NCBI GenBank assembly: GCA_044222475.1
Contig: JBGANF010000016.1
Coordinates: 23,302-87,301 of the forward strand
Direction: 5' to 3'
Source of the DNA: Polyangiaceae bacterium
Lineage (GTDB): Bacteria > Myxococcota_A > Polyangia > Polyangiales > Polyangiaceae
DNA: 64,000 nucleotides
Shown: positions 17,856 through 27,912 of the stretch, one piece after another
Numbering within the stretch: the stretch's first letter is position 1
Layout: the number at the start of each line of letters is the position of its first letter
Notes under the pieces: model-generated
Told to the model about the DNA's origin: nothing
Databases searched by the model: none
The model's input: the letters and a program-made list of their open reading frames with translations, nothing else
Program-made: the position numbers and the translations under genes

Positions 17856-19063
17856 AACGTGTACTCTACACTCGCTGCGCGCACCGCGCCGTTGGGCGCG
17901 TACATGAGGAGATCGGTCCCGGTGGTCGTCGTGCGGAACTGCAGCCGGTACACGAGCGACGTGACCTCCTTCGGTGCCTCGCCCGCCTTCGCCGACACGG
18001 CGAGCACTCGGGCGCCGGTTCCGCTCACGTCGTTCCAGGCGATCGCCGCGGTCTCGCCGAGGCGGGTCGCGACCAAGCCTGCGCGCGCGAGCGGCCACGG
18101 ACCGATGCCGCTCGTTCCTCCGAGGGGCGTCGCCCAGGTGCCGTGACGCTGGACCGTCGGCGCGGTCTTCCCGTCGGCGATGGCGATCCGGATCTCGGCG
18201 CGCACCGCGCGGGACGGCGGAGCCGAAGGCGAGCCGGGATCCACCGGACCGTCCGGCACGAGCGGCCGCCACACGACGGCGACGCGATCGACGAGGCCGA
18301 CGAGCTGGAGCTCGGTCCCGGTGCGGCCCGCGAGCTCCATCGCTGCCGCGTCCATCGGTGCCGTGTCGGCGGCGATCGGTACGGAGAACGAGGCCGCGCT
18401 GGCGTCGAAGAAGGATAGTAGGACCGTGAGCCCGGTCGGCCCGGGGTCGACCCACGCGAGCGCGAGTCGATCGTCGTCGAGCGCGGCGACGGCGATGTCG
18501 CCCGCGGCGATGCGCGGCCGCGGTCCGACTGGGTTGGGGAACACCTGCCCGCTGGTGCCGCGAATCCGGAGCAGTCCCATCGTCGTGGGGGCCACCGGCC
18601 GATCACTCAGGGCGATCCAGATGTCAGCGTTTCGCGCGCGCGTCCCCTCGAACGCCCCTAGGTTGGCGGCCTGCGCCGCGACCGGGTGGCTCGTCGGCTC
18701 GTTGCGCTGCGCGACGCGGATCCCGTCCGAGCCGTAGCCCACGAACGTCTCCCCGAAGCTGCGCCAGAATCGGTACATCCCCTGGGGAAGCGGGTTCTTG
18801 GTGGTCGGCTCGAGCGGGTCGTAGAACGCGTTCGCCGAAACGGTGAACGGGTCGCGCGTGCCGGGGTGAAAAAACTGCGCCGCGACGCCCCTGAGCTCGT
18901 CGGGAACCGCCAGATCCTTCGGGGGACCGACGCGCAGGGAGAGGACGGCACCGTCGGGCACGATGTCCCGGGTGGGCGCGAGCACCTTCGGCTCCTTGTT
19001 GCCGCAGTCGGCCCCCACGAACGAGACGAGGACGGCGCACAGGAGGAGGTTCGCGACGCGCAT
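17852..19063 (-). CDS. Hypothetical exported/lipoprotein
   Basis: N-terminal signal MRVANLLLCAVLVSFVGADC; GC3-rich codon usage. Confidence 0.7.
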   Translation of the reverse strand: MRVANLLLCAVLVSFVGADCGNKEPKVLAPTRDIVPDGAVLSLRVGPPKDLAVPDELRGVAAQFFHPGTRDPFTVSANAFYDPLEPTTKNPLPQGMYRFWRSFGETFVGYGSDGIRVAQRNEPTSHPVAAQAANLGAFEGTRARNADIWIALSDRPVAPTTMGLLRIRGTSGQVFPNPVGPRPRIAAGDIAVAALDDDRLALAWVDPGPTGLTVLLSFFDASAASFSVPIAADTAPMDAAAMELAGRTGTELQLVGLVDRVAVVWRPLVPDGPVDPGSPSAPPSRAVRAEIRIAIADGKTAPTVQRHGTWATPLGGTSGIGPWPLARAGLVATRLGETAAIAWNDVSGTGARVLAVSAKAGEAPKEVTSLVYRLQFRTTTTGTDLLMYAPNGAVRAASVEYTF

Positions 19064-19134
19064 GGGCAACCAGGAGATCTATCGCCCCACAGGGCATTCG
19101 CACGAACGAAAAATGATGGTAGGTTCCACCCGTC

Positions 19135-19305
19135 ATGGCGAAAGCTGAAGCGAAGAAGACGACCGAAGCGGTTCCGGTGGAGTCGGGTTGGGGAGCGATG
19201 AAGCTCACCCTCCTGGGCGTCGTCACCCTCGGTGTCGCGCTCTTCATCATCATCAGCATGGGCTCGCGTCTCGGCGGGTGCATGTACCTCGACGGCTCGC
19301 ACTGA
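19135..19305 (+). CDS. Small single-pass membrane protein (56 aa), not in the ORF track
   Basis: MAKAEAKKTTEAVPVESGWGAMKLTLLGVVTLGVALFIIISMGSRLGGCMYLDGSH*; fills the gap right before the Kelch gene. Confidence 0.65.
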   Translation: MAKAEAKKTTEAVPVESGWGAMKLTLLGVVTLGVALFIIISMGSRLGGCMYLDGSH

Positions 19306-19307
19306 CG

Positions 19308-20537
19308 GTGCGTCGAGTGAGCGCGCGCTCGTGGGGTGTGCTCGCGTGCGCGTCGGTCGCTCTCGTCGCGTTCGCGTTCCAGCCGTCGTGCTCCGACTCG
19401 GGTACGTCTTCCACCGACGCCGGCACTGACGCGCCGATCGTCCAGGCCTGCGCCGTCCTACCAGGACCGGTCGTCGAGACGGTCGGCTCGCTCTCGGTCG
19501 GGCGTCACGCTCCGTCGGTCGCTGCGGTCTCGCCCGGCAAGATCCTGGTCGCCGGTGGGGACGACTTCACCAAAGGCCTCGCGTCGTCGGCCGAGCTGGT
19601 CGAGCCGATGTCGAGCAAGTTCACCACTACCGGCGGTCTCGAGGTCGCGCGCAAGTGGTCGGCCGTCGCCCTCGTCGACCCGACGCACGTGATGGTGTCC
19701 GGCGGCAACGCCGGGGCATCCGGCGCCGTCGCCGTCACCGAGATCTACGACGTCGCCGCCGCGAAGTTCGCCCGCACCGGAAACATGGGTGAAGCGCGCG
19801 AAGCGCACACCCTCACGGCCCTGAAGGACGGTCGCCTCGTCGCGGTCGGTGGCTTCAAAGACACCACCTACTCGGCAACCGCCGAGGCGTTCGACTCGAA
19901 GGCCGGGACGTTCGCCCCGATCACGTCGAAGATGAGCACGCCGCGGGCGTACCACGTCGCCGGGGTCGCCGATTCGGGCACCACCGCGTTCTTCGCCGGC
20001 GGCGCGACGGCGGCCGACAAGGAGACTGCGACCATCGAGATCTTCGACGTCGCCAAGAGCACCTTCTCCGTCGGACCGACCACGCTCCTCCATCCCGCCC
20101 GCGCGCTGGCGACGGCGCGCCTCCCGAACGGCAGCTGGTTGATCACCGGCGGTTCGAACGTCACCGACAAGACTCTCTCCGACGCCCAGACGTACGAGCC
20201 CAACAGCGGCAACGTCACCAAGGTGTCCCCGATGGGGACGCGTCGCAGCGGTCACACGCTGACCGTCCTCGCGGACGGTCGCATCCTCGCCATCGGCGGC
20301 TACAGCGACGGAACGACCCCGGCAAAGGCGACCAACGTCATGGAGGTGTTCGATCCCTCCACCGGCACGTGGGAGCAGCTCCCGGTCGGTCTGGCGTCGC
20401 CTCGGCTCGATCATGCCGCCGTGCTCCTCCCGGACTGCCGCGTGGCGGTCATCGGCGGCGAGTACGCCGAAGAAGGAAAGTCCCCGTTCGCGACCTACGA
20501 CGTCGAGCTCGTGACGGTCCCCTTCATCAAGCGCTGA
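19308..20537 (+). CDS. Kelch-repeat (beta-propeller) lipoprotein
   Basis: About six repeats of R..H....L.DGR.L..GG; signal ending FQPSC. Start GTG at 19308 or 19317. Confidence 0.88.
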   Translation: MRRVSARSWGVLACASVALVAFAFQPSCSDSGTSSTDAGTDAPIVQACAVLPGPVVETVGSLSVGRHAPSVAAVSPGKILVAGGDDFTKGLASSAELVEPMSSKFTTTGGLEVARKWSAVALVDPTHVMVSGGNAGASGAVAVTEIYDVAAAKFARTGNMGEAREAHTLTALKDGRLVAVGGFKDTTYSATAEAFDSKAGTFAPITSKMSTPRAYHVAGVADSGTTAFFAGGATAADKETATIEIFDVAKSTFSVGPTTLLHPARALATARLPNGSWLITGGSNVTDKTLSDAQTYEPNSGNVTKVSPMGTRRSGHTLTVLADGRILAIGGYSDGTTPAKATNVMEVFDPSTGTWEQLPVGLASPRLDHAAVLLPDCRVAVIGGEYAEEGKSPFATYDVELVTVPFIKR

Positions 20538-20583
20538 TCGCCGAAAACGTGACGGTTCAGCGTTCATCAGCAACAATTTCGGT

Positions 20584-21342
20584 GTGATCGACGTCGCACG
20601 CCCTCTCGCCCAGCGCCTCCTCGCGCTGATGGACCAGAAACACCACTGGGCCTATCCGTCTCTGACCCGGCCCGGGCTCAGGCGGAGCCAGCTCCTCGAG
20701 CATTTCCGCCACGAGTACCTCGTCTACGTGCGGGACTTCCCGATCCTGCTCGCGCGCACGCTCGGCATCGCTCCGCCGATCGCCGAGGTGAGGCGCGCGC
20801 TCGCCGAGAACCTGTACGAAGAACAGACCGGCGGGCTCTCGAAGTCGGGGCCGCACCCCGAGCTCTTCCTCCAGATGATGGAGGGGCTGGGCTTCGTTCG
20901 CGCCGACTTCGACGAAGCGCACGCGGCGTCTCTGCATCCCGCGGCGACGGCGTATCGAGACCTGCTCCGCGACGTCAGCGCGAGGCCGCCGTGGCAATCC
21001 GCCGCCGCGCTCCTCACGATCTTCGTCGAGGGCAGCGTCAACGAGCGCGCCGAGCTCGAGGGACGGTTCGTCCGCCCGCGCGGCGAGGACGCGGTGAAGA
21101 ACCACGCGCTCGTGCGCCACTACGGGTGTCCGCCGTCGGCGATGCGGCTCACGCGCGCCCACGGCGACGTCGAGGGGAGCCACCGCGGAGACGCGTGGCA
21201 CATGGTCCTCGGCAACGTCCCGGACGACGGCGAGCTCGCGCAGCACGTGGTCTCGACGTGCGAGAACGCTCTCGCCGCGTGGCACCGCTACCGCGACGGC
21301 GTCGCCGAGCGCATGCAGCTCCTCCGCGACGCCGCGGAGTAG
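20584..21342 (+). CDS. Heme-oxygenase-like diiron (TenA/PqqC/CADD-family) redox enzyme
   Basis: ENLYEEQTG..PHPELF, EG, HGDVEGSH: the E/H/E/H/E/H ligand pattern. Confidence 0.8.
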   Translation: MIDVARPLAQRLLALMDQKHHWAYPSLTRPGLRRSQLLEHFRHEYLVYVRDFPILLARTLGIAPPIAEVRRALAENLYEEQTGGLSKSGPHPELFLQMMEGLGFVRADFDEAHAASLHPAATAYRDLLRDVSARPPWQSAAALLTIFVEGSVNERAELEGRFVRPRGEDAVKNHALVRHYGCPPSAMRLTRAHGDVEGSHRGDAWHMVLGNVPDDGELAQHVVSTCENALAAWHRYRDGVAERMQLLRDAAE

Positions 21343-21346
21343 CGCC

Positions 21347-22384
21347 TCACGGGAACGCGAGCACCGAGGCCTCGCCCCACTGCGCGATCTTCGCGTCGAT
21401 GCCGGCGAGCACCTCTCGCCGTCGCGCGTCGACGTCGGCGAGGACCTTCGGCGCGAGGAGCGGCTCGCCCGGACCATCCACGCCGATCGCGTCGGCGAGG
21501 GCGATTGGATCGAGCGCGCGCAAGCGACCCACGAACGCGCGCGAGAACTTGTCGGTCTTCTTGAAGAGCGCCTGCTGGGCGGCCAGCGGCTGCGGCGGCG
21601 CCGGATCGAAGAACGCCCCGTCGTTGTCGATGAACAGGAGGACGTTCGCCGCCCGGTCGAGGCCGACGTTGCCGCCGCTCCACCGATCCCAGTTCCCGGT
21701 GAGCAGGTCGAAGACGATCATCGTCGAGATCTGCCCGGCCAGCGCGACCTGGTCTTCGGGGATGGCGCCGTCCTTCGCGAGCCACGCGGTGAATCGCCCG
21801 CGCCACGACGCGCTCTCGAGCGGAAGGAACTCGAGCTTCGGGATCCACGGCATCATCGCGCCGCGCACCTCGTAGCCGACGGCCGCGGGGTGGGTGATGA
21901 CCTCGTCGTCATAGAGCTTGGCCGCGGCAGCGTCCTTCGCGAGGCTCCCTCGCAAGGTGCCGGCGTCGAACGAGCGCGCGATCGCGGGCGGCACGTTGGG
22001 CAGGTGGAGCGCGACGCCGAGTCGGTACGCCGCGACCTCTCCGCGCCAGCGCTTCTTCCCGCGCTTCGACTCGGGCTTGAAGGCGACGTCGAGCTCGCCC
22101 GTCCCCGCGCCCGCGGGGGAGACAAGGTGCAGCTTGAAGACGACCGACGTGTGACCGATGCTCTTGCCGGAGATCGGCGCCGCGCTGGAGTACGGAGCGG
22201 GATCGAACGCCGCCGGTGCGGAAGAGGCCGAAGGCGTCGGCCCGGCGTCGGCGAACGTGAAGGCGAAGAGCGACGACGCGCTCGTCGAGGGAGTCGGTGC
22301 GGCGTCGACGGTGGCCGTCGGTTTGTCCTTCGAGCACGCTGCGAGCACCGTGAGCATGGCGACCGCCGTGCGAAGCGTGCTCAT
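21347..22384 (-). CDS. Lipoprotein with Fam20/PI3-PI4K-like atypical kinase domain
   Basis: Lipobox VLAAC; VAFKP, GEVAAYRLG..VPP, FDLLTGNWDR, FIDNDGAF. ATGA-coupled to the upstream hydrolase. Confidence 0.75.
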   Translation of the reverse strand: MSTLRTAVAMLTVLAACSKDKPTATVDAAPTPSTSASSLFAFTFADAGPTPSASSAPAAFDPAPYSSAAPISGKSIGHTSVVFKLHLVSPAGAGTGELDVAFKPESKRGKKRWRGEVAAYRLGVALHLPNVPPAIARSFDAGTLRGSLAKDAAAAKLYDDEVITHPAAVGYEVRGAMMPWIPKLEFLPLESASWRGRFTAWLAKDGAIPEDQVALAGQISTMIVFDLLTGNWDRWSGGNVGLDRAANVLLFIDNDGAFFDPAPPQPLAAQQALFKKTDKFSRAFVGRLRALDPIALADAIGVDGPGEPLLAPKVLADVDARRREVLAGIDAKIAQWGEASVLAFP

Positions 22385-23340
22385 GCCGTGAGACCGCACT
22401 TCCGGACGAAGTCGGCGATCTTCGCGTCGACGAGCTCGTGCTGCTCGAGCGGAGCGACGTGGCTCGCGCCGGCGACCACGAAGAGCTCGGAGCCGGGGAT
22501 CGACTTCGCCATCCACTCCGCGAGGAACGGCGGAGTGAACGTGTCACGCTCACCGGCGAGCACGAGCACCGGCACGTCGATGGAGGGGAGCAGATCTTCG
22601 GCGGTGTGCTCGCCCGCGGCGGTGAGCATCCGGAGGAAGAGCGGGAGATCCATCGATCGCATGTGCGTCACGTACGGGCGCATGTCGTCCATGCTGAAGT
22701 GGAGCGGGTCGAGATCGCCGGCCTTGAGGGCCAGCTTCAGCGCCATCTCGGACGGGATGCGCTCCCAGAAGGCGCGCACGAGGCCTTCGTTCTTGCGGAC
22801 CGCCTTCGCGACCTTCGGGAGGATCATGTCGAGGATGGGCACGCCTCGGAAGGTTCGCGTCACGCGGCCGTACGATCCGCAGAGGAGCACGAGCCCGCGG
22901 ACGTTCTTCCGATGGTGCCGGAGCGCTTCGAGCGCCACCTGACAGCCCATCGAGTGACCGATGAGGACGCAGGGGGGATCCCCCATCTCTTCGCGCACCA
23001 CCTGCAGGTCGTCGGCGTGGGCCGGAACGTCGACGCGCTCGGGATCGACCGGGGCCGCGCTTCGACCATGGCCGCGGTAGTGGAAGTGCGTGACCGGGAC
23101 GACCTCGGACAGGTCGGGCCAGAGGTACTTCCAAATGAAACCGTCGCAGACGATTCCGTCGCACAGGAATGCCCGACCGTTCAGCGCGGCCGCGGACGGG
23201 GAGCTGCGGGAACGGTGGAAGAGCCGCGTGCCGTCACGGGCGCGGACGAATGCGTGCGTCTCACCCGGCGGAATGCTCCGGGAAGACGGTGGGGGAGTGT
23301 CGCTCCCACCCCGCCCCGAGGGCGGTGGCCGCGAGATCAC
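22381..23340 (-). CDS. Alpha/beta hydrolase
   Basis: YRGHGRS, GHSMG nucleophile, GERD, ASH. Start uncertain (GTG 23340). Confidence 0.9.
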   Translation of the reverse strand: MISRPPPSGRGGSDTPPPSSRSIPPGETHAFVRARDGTRLFHRSRSSPSAAALNGRAFLCDGIVCDGFIWKYLWPDLSEVVPVTHFHYRGHGRSAAPVDPERVDVPAHADDLQVVREEMGDPPCVLIGHSMGCQVALEALRHHRKNVRGLVLLCGSYGRVTRTFRGVPILDMILPKVAKAVRKNEGLVRAFWERIPSEMALKLALKAGDLDPLHFSMDDMRPYVTHMRSMDLPLFLRMLTAAGEHTAEDLLPSIDVPVLVLAGERDTFTPPFLAEWMAKSIPGSELFVVAGASHVAPLEQHELVDAKIADFVRKCGLTA

Positions 23341-23347
23341 GCCCGTG

Positions 23348-23554
23348 TCACTCGGTGTCGTCGTCGTCGCCGCCCTCGACGTCATTGACGCTCGGGAGCT
23401 TCTTGATCTCGAGGCGGGAAATCTTCCACGCCCGCTGAACGACCCACGAGAGGGAGCGGTCGAGGCGCGCCGCCTCTTCCTTGATCTCCTGGAGCATGGA
23501 CTCCGGGAAATAGAGACTCTGCTTACGCTTGTCGGTCTTGGAATCCTGGTTCAT
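23348..23554 (-). CDS. Myxobacterial MXAN_4361/4362-family (TIGR04563-like) small RHH-type protein
   Basis: TDKRKQSLYFPESMLQEIKEEAARLDRSLSWVVQRAWK. Confidence 0.85.
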   Translation of the reverse strand: MNQDSKTDKRKQSLYFPESMLQEIKEEAARLDRSLSWVVQRAWKISRLEIKKLPSVNDVEGGDDDDTE

Positions 23555-23823
23555 TTTCGTCTTCGCTCTCCGGCGAGAGAATTGACTACAAGGTCAGGTT
23601 ACCAGCGATGTTTCGAGCCTGACTACGACAATCGCACCCAACCGCACTCCAAGTCGCGAAGGGTCGCGAAACGGCGGCCCGCGTGAGGAGGAGCTTGACA
23701 TGGGTGGCCATGGTGATCTGGCCTCCCCCAACAGCGCCTTTTTCCGCCGTTCCATGGATGGAGGCACGGTTTGGCGTCGACGGCGCCGCGCAAAACCTGC
23801 AGAATGTGCCCTGGAGGTGGAAC

Positions 23824-25833
23824 GTGCGTCGAGCCTGGACGAAGCCCGTGGCGTTGCTTGGCGCGGCCGCGGCGCTCTTTGCCGCGACTGATGCCCACGC
23901 AGCGAGAACCCTCGCGGAGTACCGCTACTTCCGTACGCTGTCGATCGACCTGCAGGGGCGGATGCCGACCCGGGTCGAGGTCGCGGCGTTCGAGAAGGAT
24001 GGCTTCAGCGTCGACGAATGGATCGACGCCCGGCTGAAAGAGCCTGCCTACGCCGAGCGCGTGCGCCGCATCTACATGGACCTCATGCGGATGGAGATCG
24101 GGACGAACTTTCAGTTCGTCCAGAACCCCACCGTCCTCCGCCGCGTGAAGGTCAAGGATCCCAACGGCGTCGACACGTACGTCTATTACCGCAGCGGCCA
24201 GCGCCGCATGCGCCCCGAGACCGACGGCATCTTCTGCATGACCGTGGCGGAGACGGGCCTGACCGTACCCGCGAGCCAGACCGAGATCGGCACCGCGATC
24301 CCGATCAACGCGACGGTGTGGAACCAGTACACGAAGACCGTCGCCGCTCCGTGGTGGCTGGGCACCGGGTCGGGTTTCACCCTCAGCGACACGATGGGCA
24401 AGAACCCCGACCTCAGCGCCGCGACGAACGTGCGCGTGTGCAACGAAGAGACGCTCGCCCCGCCGACGGCGCCGGTCACGATCAGCCCGTTCACCGCGGT
24501 CTGCGATCCGAAGGCGCCACCGTTCGGACGCGTCGCGTGTCCCCCGAAGGACAACTTCCTGCAGGGCAAGTACAAGGCGGCGTTCACCAAGGATCCCAAC
24601 ACGCCGAAGATCATGGTGTCGTGCGACTCGAACACCGGCTTCGGCAGCTCGGCCGAGTGCGGGTGTGGCGCGAACCTGGAGCGCTGCATGCCCGGCGCGG
24701 GCGCGGGCTTCGACAACGCCGCGTTCAAGTTTCCGTCGCGCGTACCGATCGGATGGGACGCGCCGTTCGACGCAGTGGACCAGACCCAAGCGGGCTGGGC
24801 GCGCATGTTCTGGGGCCAGGAGTTCGTTCGCTTCTTCGACGACATCGTCTTGAACGACGTCGACTTCCGGCAGGTCCTCAAGGGCAAGCAGACGTTCGTC
24901 AACGGACCGCTCACCCAGTTCTATCGCGACGTCGCGCCTGGCCAGTGCTGCGGCAACGGCGTGTTCTACGGCTACACCGAGCCGGACCCGCTCGTCGATC
25001 CGGCGAAGCTCCCGGCGAACACGCCGCGCGACGTGGACACGTGGATCAAGGTCGCCGATCGCGGACCCCACGCTTCGGGCTTCCTCACGATGCCGGTCTT
25101 CCTCACGAAATACGGGTCGCGTCGCGCTCGCGCCCACGTGCTGTGGAACGCGTTCGCGTGCAAGGACTTCATCGCCGGCAACCTCGCGCTCAAGCCGTCG
25201 ACGGAGCCCGACCTCACCAAGCGTGACGGGTGCAACACCTGCCACGCGACGCTGGAGCCCATCTCCGCCTATTTCGCACGCGTTCAAGAGTCGAGCTGGG
25301 TCTATCTCCCGGCCGACAAGTTCCCGGCGCGAGCAACGAAGGCTTGGTTCGACAGCAACCCCGCGAACCCCTACACGGCCGACCTCAAGGGTCAGAGCTG
25401 CATCCGCAACTTCAAGGATCCGCTGGCGGACGGCGGCGCCCCTCCGGTCTCGCCGGGCGGGTGCTCGAGCTACTACGACCCTGCCTTCACCTTCCCGCAG
25501 ACCGATCCCAAGGGAGTGGTCACCGGCGGATACGCGCTGCTCCGCGGCGCGTACGGGAGCGAAGCCAACGCCGACCTGGGTCCGGCTGGCTTCGCCGACT
25601 ATCTGACGAGCACCTCTCAGTTCGAGAGCTGCGTTGCGGAGAACGTCACCGCGGGCTTCCTCGGCCGCAACCTCACGTCGGAGGACGAGACGTTGAAGTC
25701 GACGCTCGCCGACGTCCTCGCGAAGAACAACTTCCAGATGCGCGCACTCGTTCGCGCTCTCGTGAAGTCCGACGCCTACAAGGCGGCGAACAACCTGAGC
25801 TCCACCAAGTGGCGCGAAGGAGGTGGGCTGTGA
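23824..25833 (+). CDS. Secreted Cys-rich protein with DUF1549/1588/1585-like segments and a CxxCH motif
   Basis: GGAGG RBS and GTG start; signal AHA; RTLSIDLQGRMPT; GFLTMPVFL..RRARA; CNTCHATLEP; LVRALVKSDAY. Confidence 0.75.
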   Translation: MRRAWTKPVALLGAAAALFAATDAHAARTLAEYRYFRTLSIDLQGRMPTRVEVAAFEKDGFSVDEWIDARLKEPAYAERVRRIYMDLMRMEIGTNFQFVQNPTVLRRVKVKDPNGVDTYVYYRSGQRRMRPETDGIFCMTVAETGLTVPASQTEIGTAIPINATVWNQYTKTVAAPWWLGTGSGFTLSDTMGKNPDLSAATNVRVCNEETLAPPTAPVTISPFTAVCDPKAPPFGRVACPPKDNFLQGKYKAAFTKDPNTPKIMVSCDSNTGFGSSAECGCGANLERCMPGAGAGFDNAAFKFPSRVPIGWDAPFDAVDQTQAGWARMFWGQEFVRFFDDIVLNDVDFRQVLKGKQTFVNGPLTQFYRDVAPGQCCGNGVFYGYTEPDPLVDPAKLPANTPRDVDTWIKVADRGPHASGFLTMPVFLTKYGSRRARAHVLWNAFACKDFIAGNLALKPSTEPDLTKRDGCNTCHATLEPISAYFARVQESSWVYLPADKFPARATKAWFDSNPANPYTADLKGQSCIRNFKDPLADGGAPPVSPGGCSSYYDPAFTFPQTDPKGVVTGGYALLRGAYGSEANADLGPAGFADYLTSTSQFESCVAENVTAGFLGRNLTSEDETLKSTLADVLAKNNFQMRALVRALVKSDAYKAANNLSSTKWREGGGL

Positions 25834-26537
25834 ACCTCCGCGTCCTCGTCCTCGTCTCCCTCGGAGCCATCTCGGCTGGCGCGTTCGCCTGCAGCAAGGT
25901 CGACGAGCCGACCCCGGTCCCGCTCTCCTCGATCCCCGGCCACGACGGCCTCGTTCAAGACACGACGCTCAAGGAGGGGCCGCGCATGGTCCCCCCCGAG
26001 GCGTACATGCGGACCTACCTCCGACTGTTCGGCGGCCTCTCGCCGATCGCGGCGCAGACGGCGCTCCGCGGCACCGACGGCAGCGCCCTCTTCGACACCT
26101 GGAACGACTACCTCTCGTCGATGGGGTTGCCCGACTACCGCATCGACATGCCGCGCGGCACGCAGACGAACACGCTGATGCTCGCGACGTTCGAGCGCCT
26201 CGGCGTCGTCCTCTGCGATCGCGCGATCGAGAAGGACATGCAGGGCACGCCGCCCCCCGTTGGGCAGCGGCTCATCTTCGACTTCGACAAACCGACCGGC
26301 CCAGTCGACCTCGCGGCGTTCACGCCCCGGTTCGACGTCCTCCATCGTACCTTCTTGGGATACCCGGCGGCGCTCGGGCCGAAGAACCGCATCGCCGACT
26401 ACTTCAAGCTCTACACCGACACGGTCGCCGCGCACGCCGCGCCGGACGCCGCGAAGTTCCGGCTGAAGCCGGACGAAGCCGGCTGGGCAGTCATCTGCTA
26501 CGGCCTCATCCGCCACCCCGAGTTTCAACTCTACTAG
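25830..26537 (+). CDS. Hypothetical lipoprotein
   Basis: GTGA overlap; lipobox AFAC; C-terminal CYGLIRHPEFQLY. Confidence 0.75.
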   Translation: MNLRVLVLVSLGAISAGAFACSKVDEPTPVPLSSIPGHDGLVQDTTLKEGPRMVPPEAYMRTYLRLFGGLSPIAAQTALRGTDGSALFDTWNDYLSSMGLPDYRIDMPRGTQTNTLMLATFERLGVVLCDRAIEKDMQGTPPPVGQRLIFDFDKPTGPVDLAAFTPRFDVLHRTFLGYPAALGPKNRIADYFKLYTDTVAAHAAPDAAKFRLKPDEAGWAVICYGLIRHPEFQLY

Positions 26538-26553
26538 GAAGGAGCGAACGAAC

Positions 26554-27912
26554 ATGAGCAAGCTCGACCGTCGTACGTTCCTGAAGATCCTCGGTGCCGG
26601 CACCGCGGGCGCGTTTTCGACCAGCCCGCTGATGAACGCCTTCGCCGACCCGACCGCGTCGTCGAAGGACTGCTTCATCTTCATCCACCAGTCCGGCGGG
26701 TGGGACGTCACCTTGTGGGCCGACCCGCGCAACCGCCGGGTCGACATCATCGAGCCGGCCACCCTCGACACGATCACGAGCGCGGGGCTCACCGGCTGGG
26801 TGGACGATCCGTTCAACGACGGCTCGGGCGACGTCGGCTTCCAGATCCTCCAGAAGGGCAACCTCCGGCTCGGACCGGCGATGGGATCCCTCGCCGACAA
26901 GTACAACCGACTCACCATCGTCAACGGCATCGCGATGAACACCGTGAGCCACCCGGACGGAACCTACTTCTCGTCGACGGGGCGCCACCTCGCCGGTGGA
27001 AGGCCGGTGGGCACCAGCATCGACACGCTGATGGCGAACGAGTTCGGCCAGAAGAACATCCTTCCGGTCGTCTCGGTCGGCTTCCCGTCGACGTTCCTCG
27101 ACCCGCAGCTCAACCGCGCGGTCATGCCGCTCCGCGTGAGCGACGTGACCGCAGTCGCGAAGTCCATCACCCGGTCGAACTCGTACACCTCGGACGACGA
27201 TCGGGACCGGGTGACTGCGCTCCTCGCGAACGAGGCCGCCGAGCTGGCCGCCGATGCGTACTATCCCGACTCTCCCAAGGGCATGGGCCTCCAGTTCAAC
27301 GCCCTCAAGGACATGCTCGATCCGAAGACGAAGAGCCTGTTCGACATCAACGCGCTCAAGCTCGCCCACCCGAAGTACAACTACCTCGGCAAGTTCCAGC
27401 GCGGCCCGGCGGTCAACGCCGCGTTCGCGGTCGAGGCGATCAAGCGCGGGATCGTGCGTTGCGTCTCGTTCCAGATGGGCAGCTGCGACACCCACAACGC
27501 GAACTACAAGGACCACCCGACGATCCTCCAGGAGACGTTCGAGGTGATCTCGACCCTGATCGACGAGCTCGACACGACGTCGTTCGACAACGGCGGCGGG
27601 CTCCTTGCCGACAACGTCCACATCCTGGTCGTCAGCGAGTTCTGCCGCACGCCGCAGATCAACCTGACGTTCGGTCGCGACCACTACCCGAACAACTCCG
27701 CCCTCATCATCTCGAAGAAGTTCAAGGGCAACACCGTCTTCGGCAAGGCCGACGACAAGCAGCTGCTCCCCGTCGACCAGGAGACGCCGAGCTTCGTCGA
27801 GAAGCGCGCGCCGACCCCGGCCGACGTACTGGCGACCTTCCTCGGCGCCTTTGGCATCGACCCGCGCAAGTACATGCGCGACGGCGAGGTCATCAAGGAG
27901 ATCCTGGTGTGA
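26554..27912 (+). CDS. Tat-exported DUF1501-family protein
   Basis: Twin-Arg DRRTFLK; GGWD, SH, DTH, SEFCRTP, GRDHYP; GGAG RBS. Confidence 0.85.
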   Translation: MSKLDRRTFLKILGAGTAGAFSTSPLMNAFADPTASSKDCFIFIHQSGGWDVTLWADPRNRRVDIIEPATLDTITSAGLTGWVDDPFNDGSGDVGFQILQKGNLRLGPAMGSLADKYNRLTIVNGIAMNTVSHPDGTYFSSTGRHLAGGRPVGTSIDTLMANEFGQKNILPVVSVGFPSTFLDPQLNRAVMPLRVSDVTAVAKSITRSNSYTSDDDRDRVTALLANEAAELAADAYYPDSPKGMGLQFNALKDMLDPKTKSLFDINALKLAHPKYNYLGKFQRGPAVNAAFAVEAIKRGIVRCVSFQMGSCDTHNANYKDHPTILQETFEVISTLIDELDTTSFDNGGGLLADNVHILVVSEFCRTPQINLTFGRDHYPNNSALIISKKFKGNTVFGKADDKQLLPVDQETPSFVEKRAPTPADVLATFLGAFGIDPRKYMRDGEVIKEILV

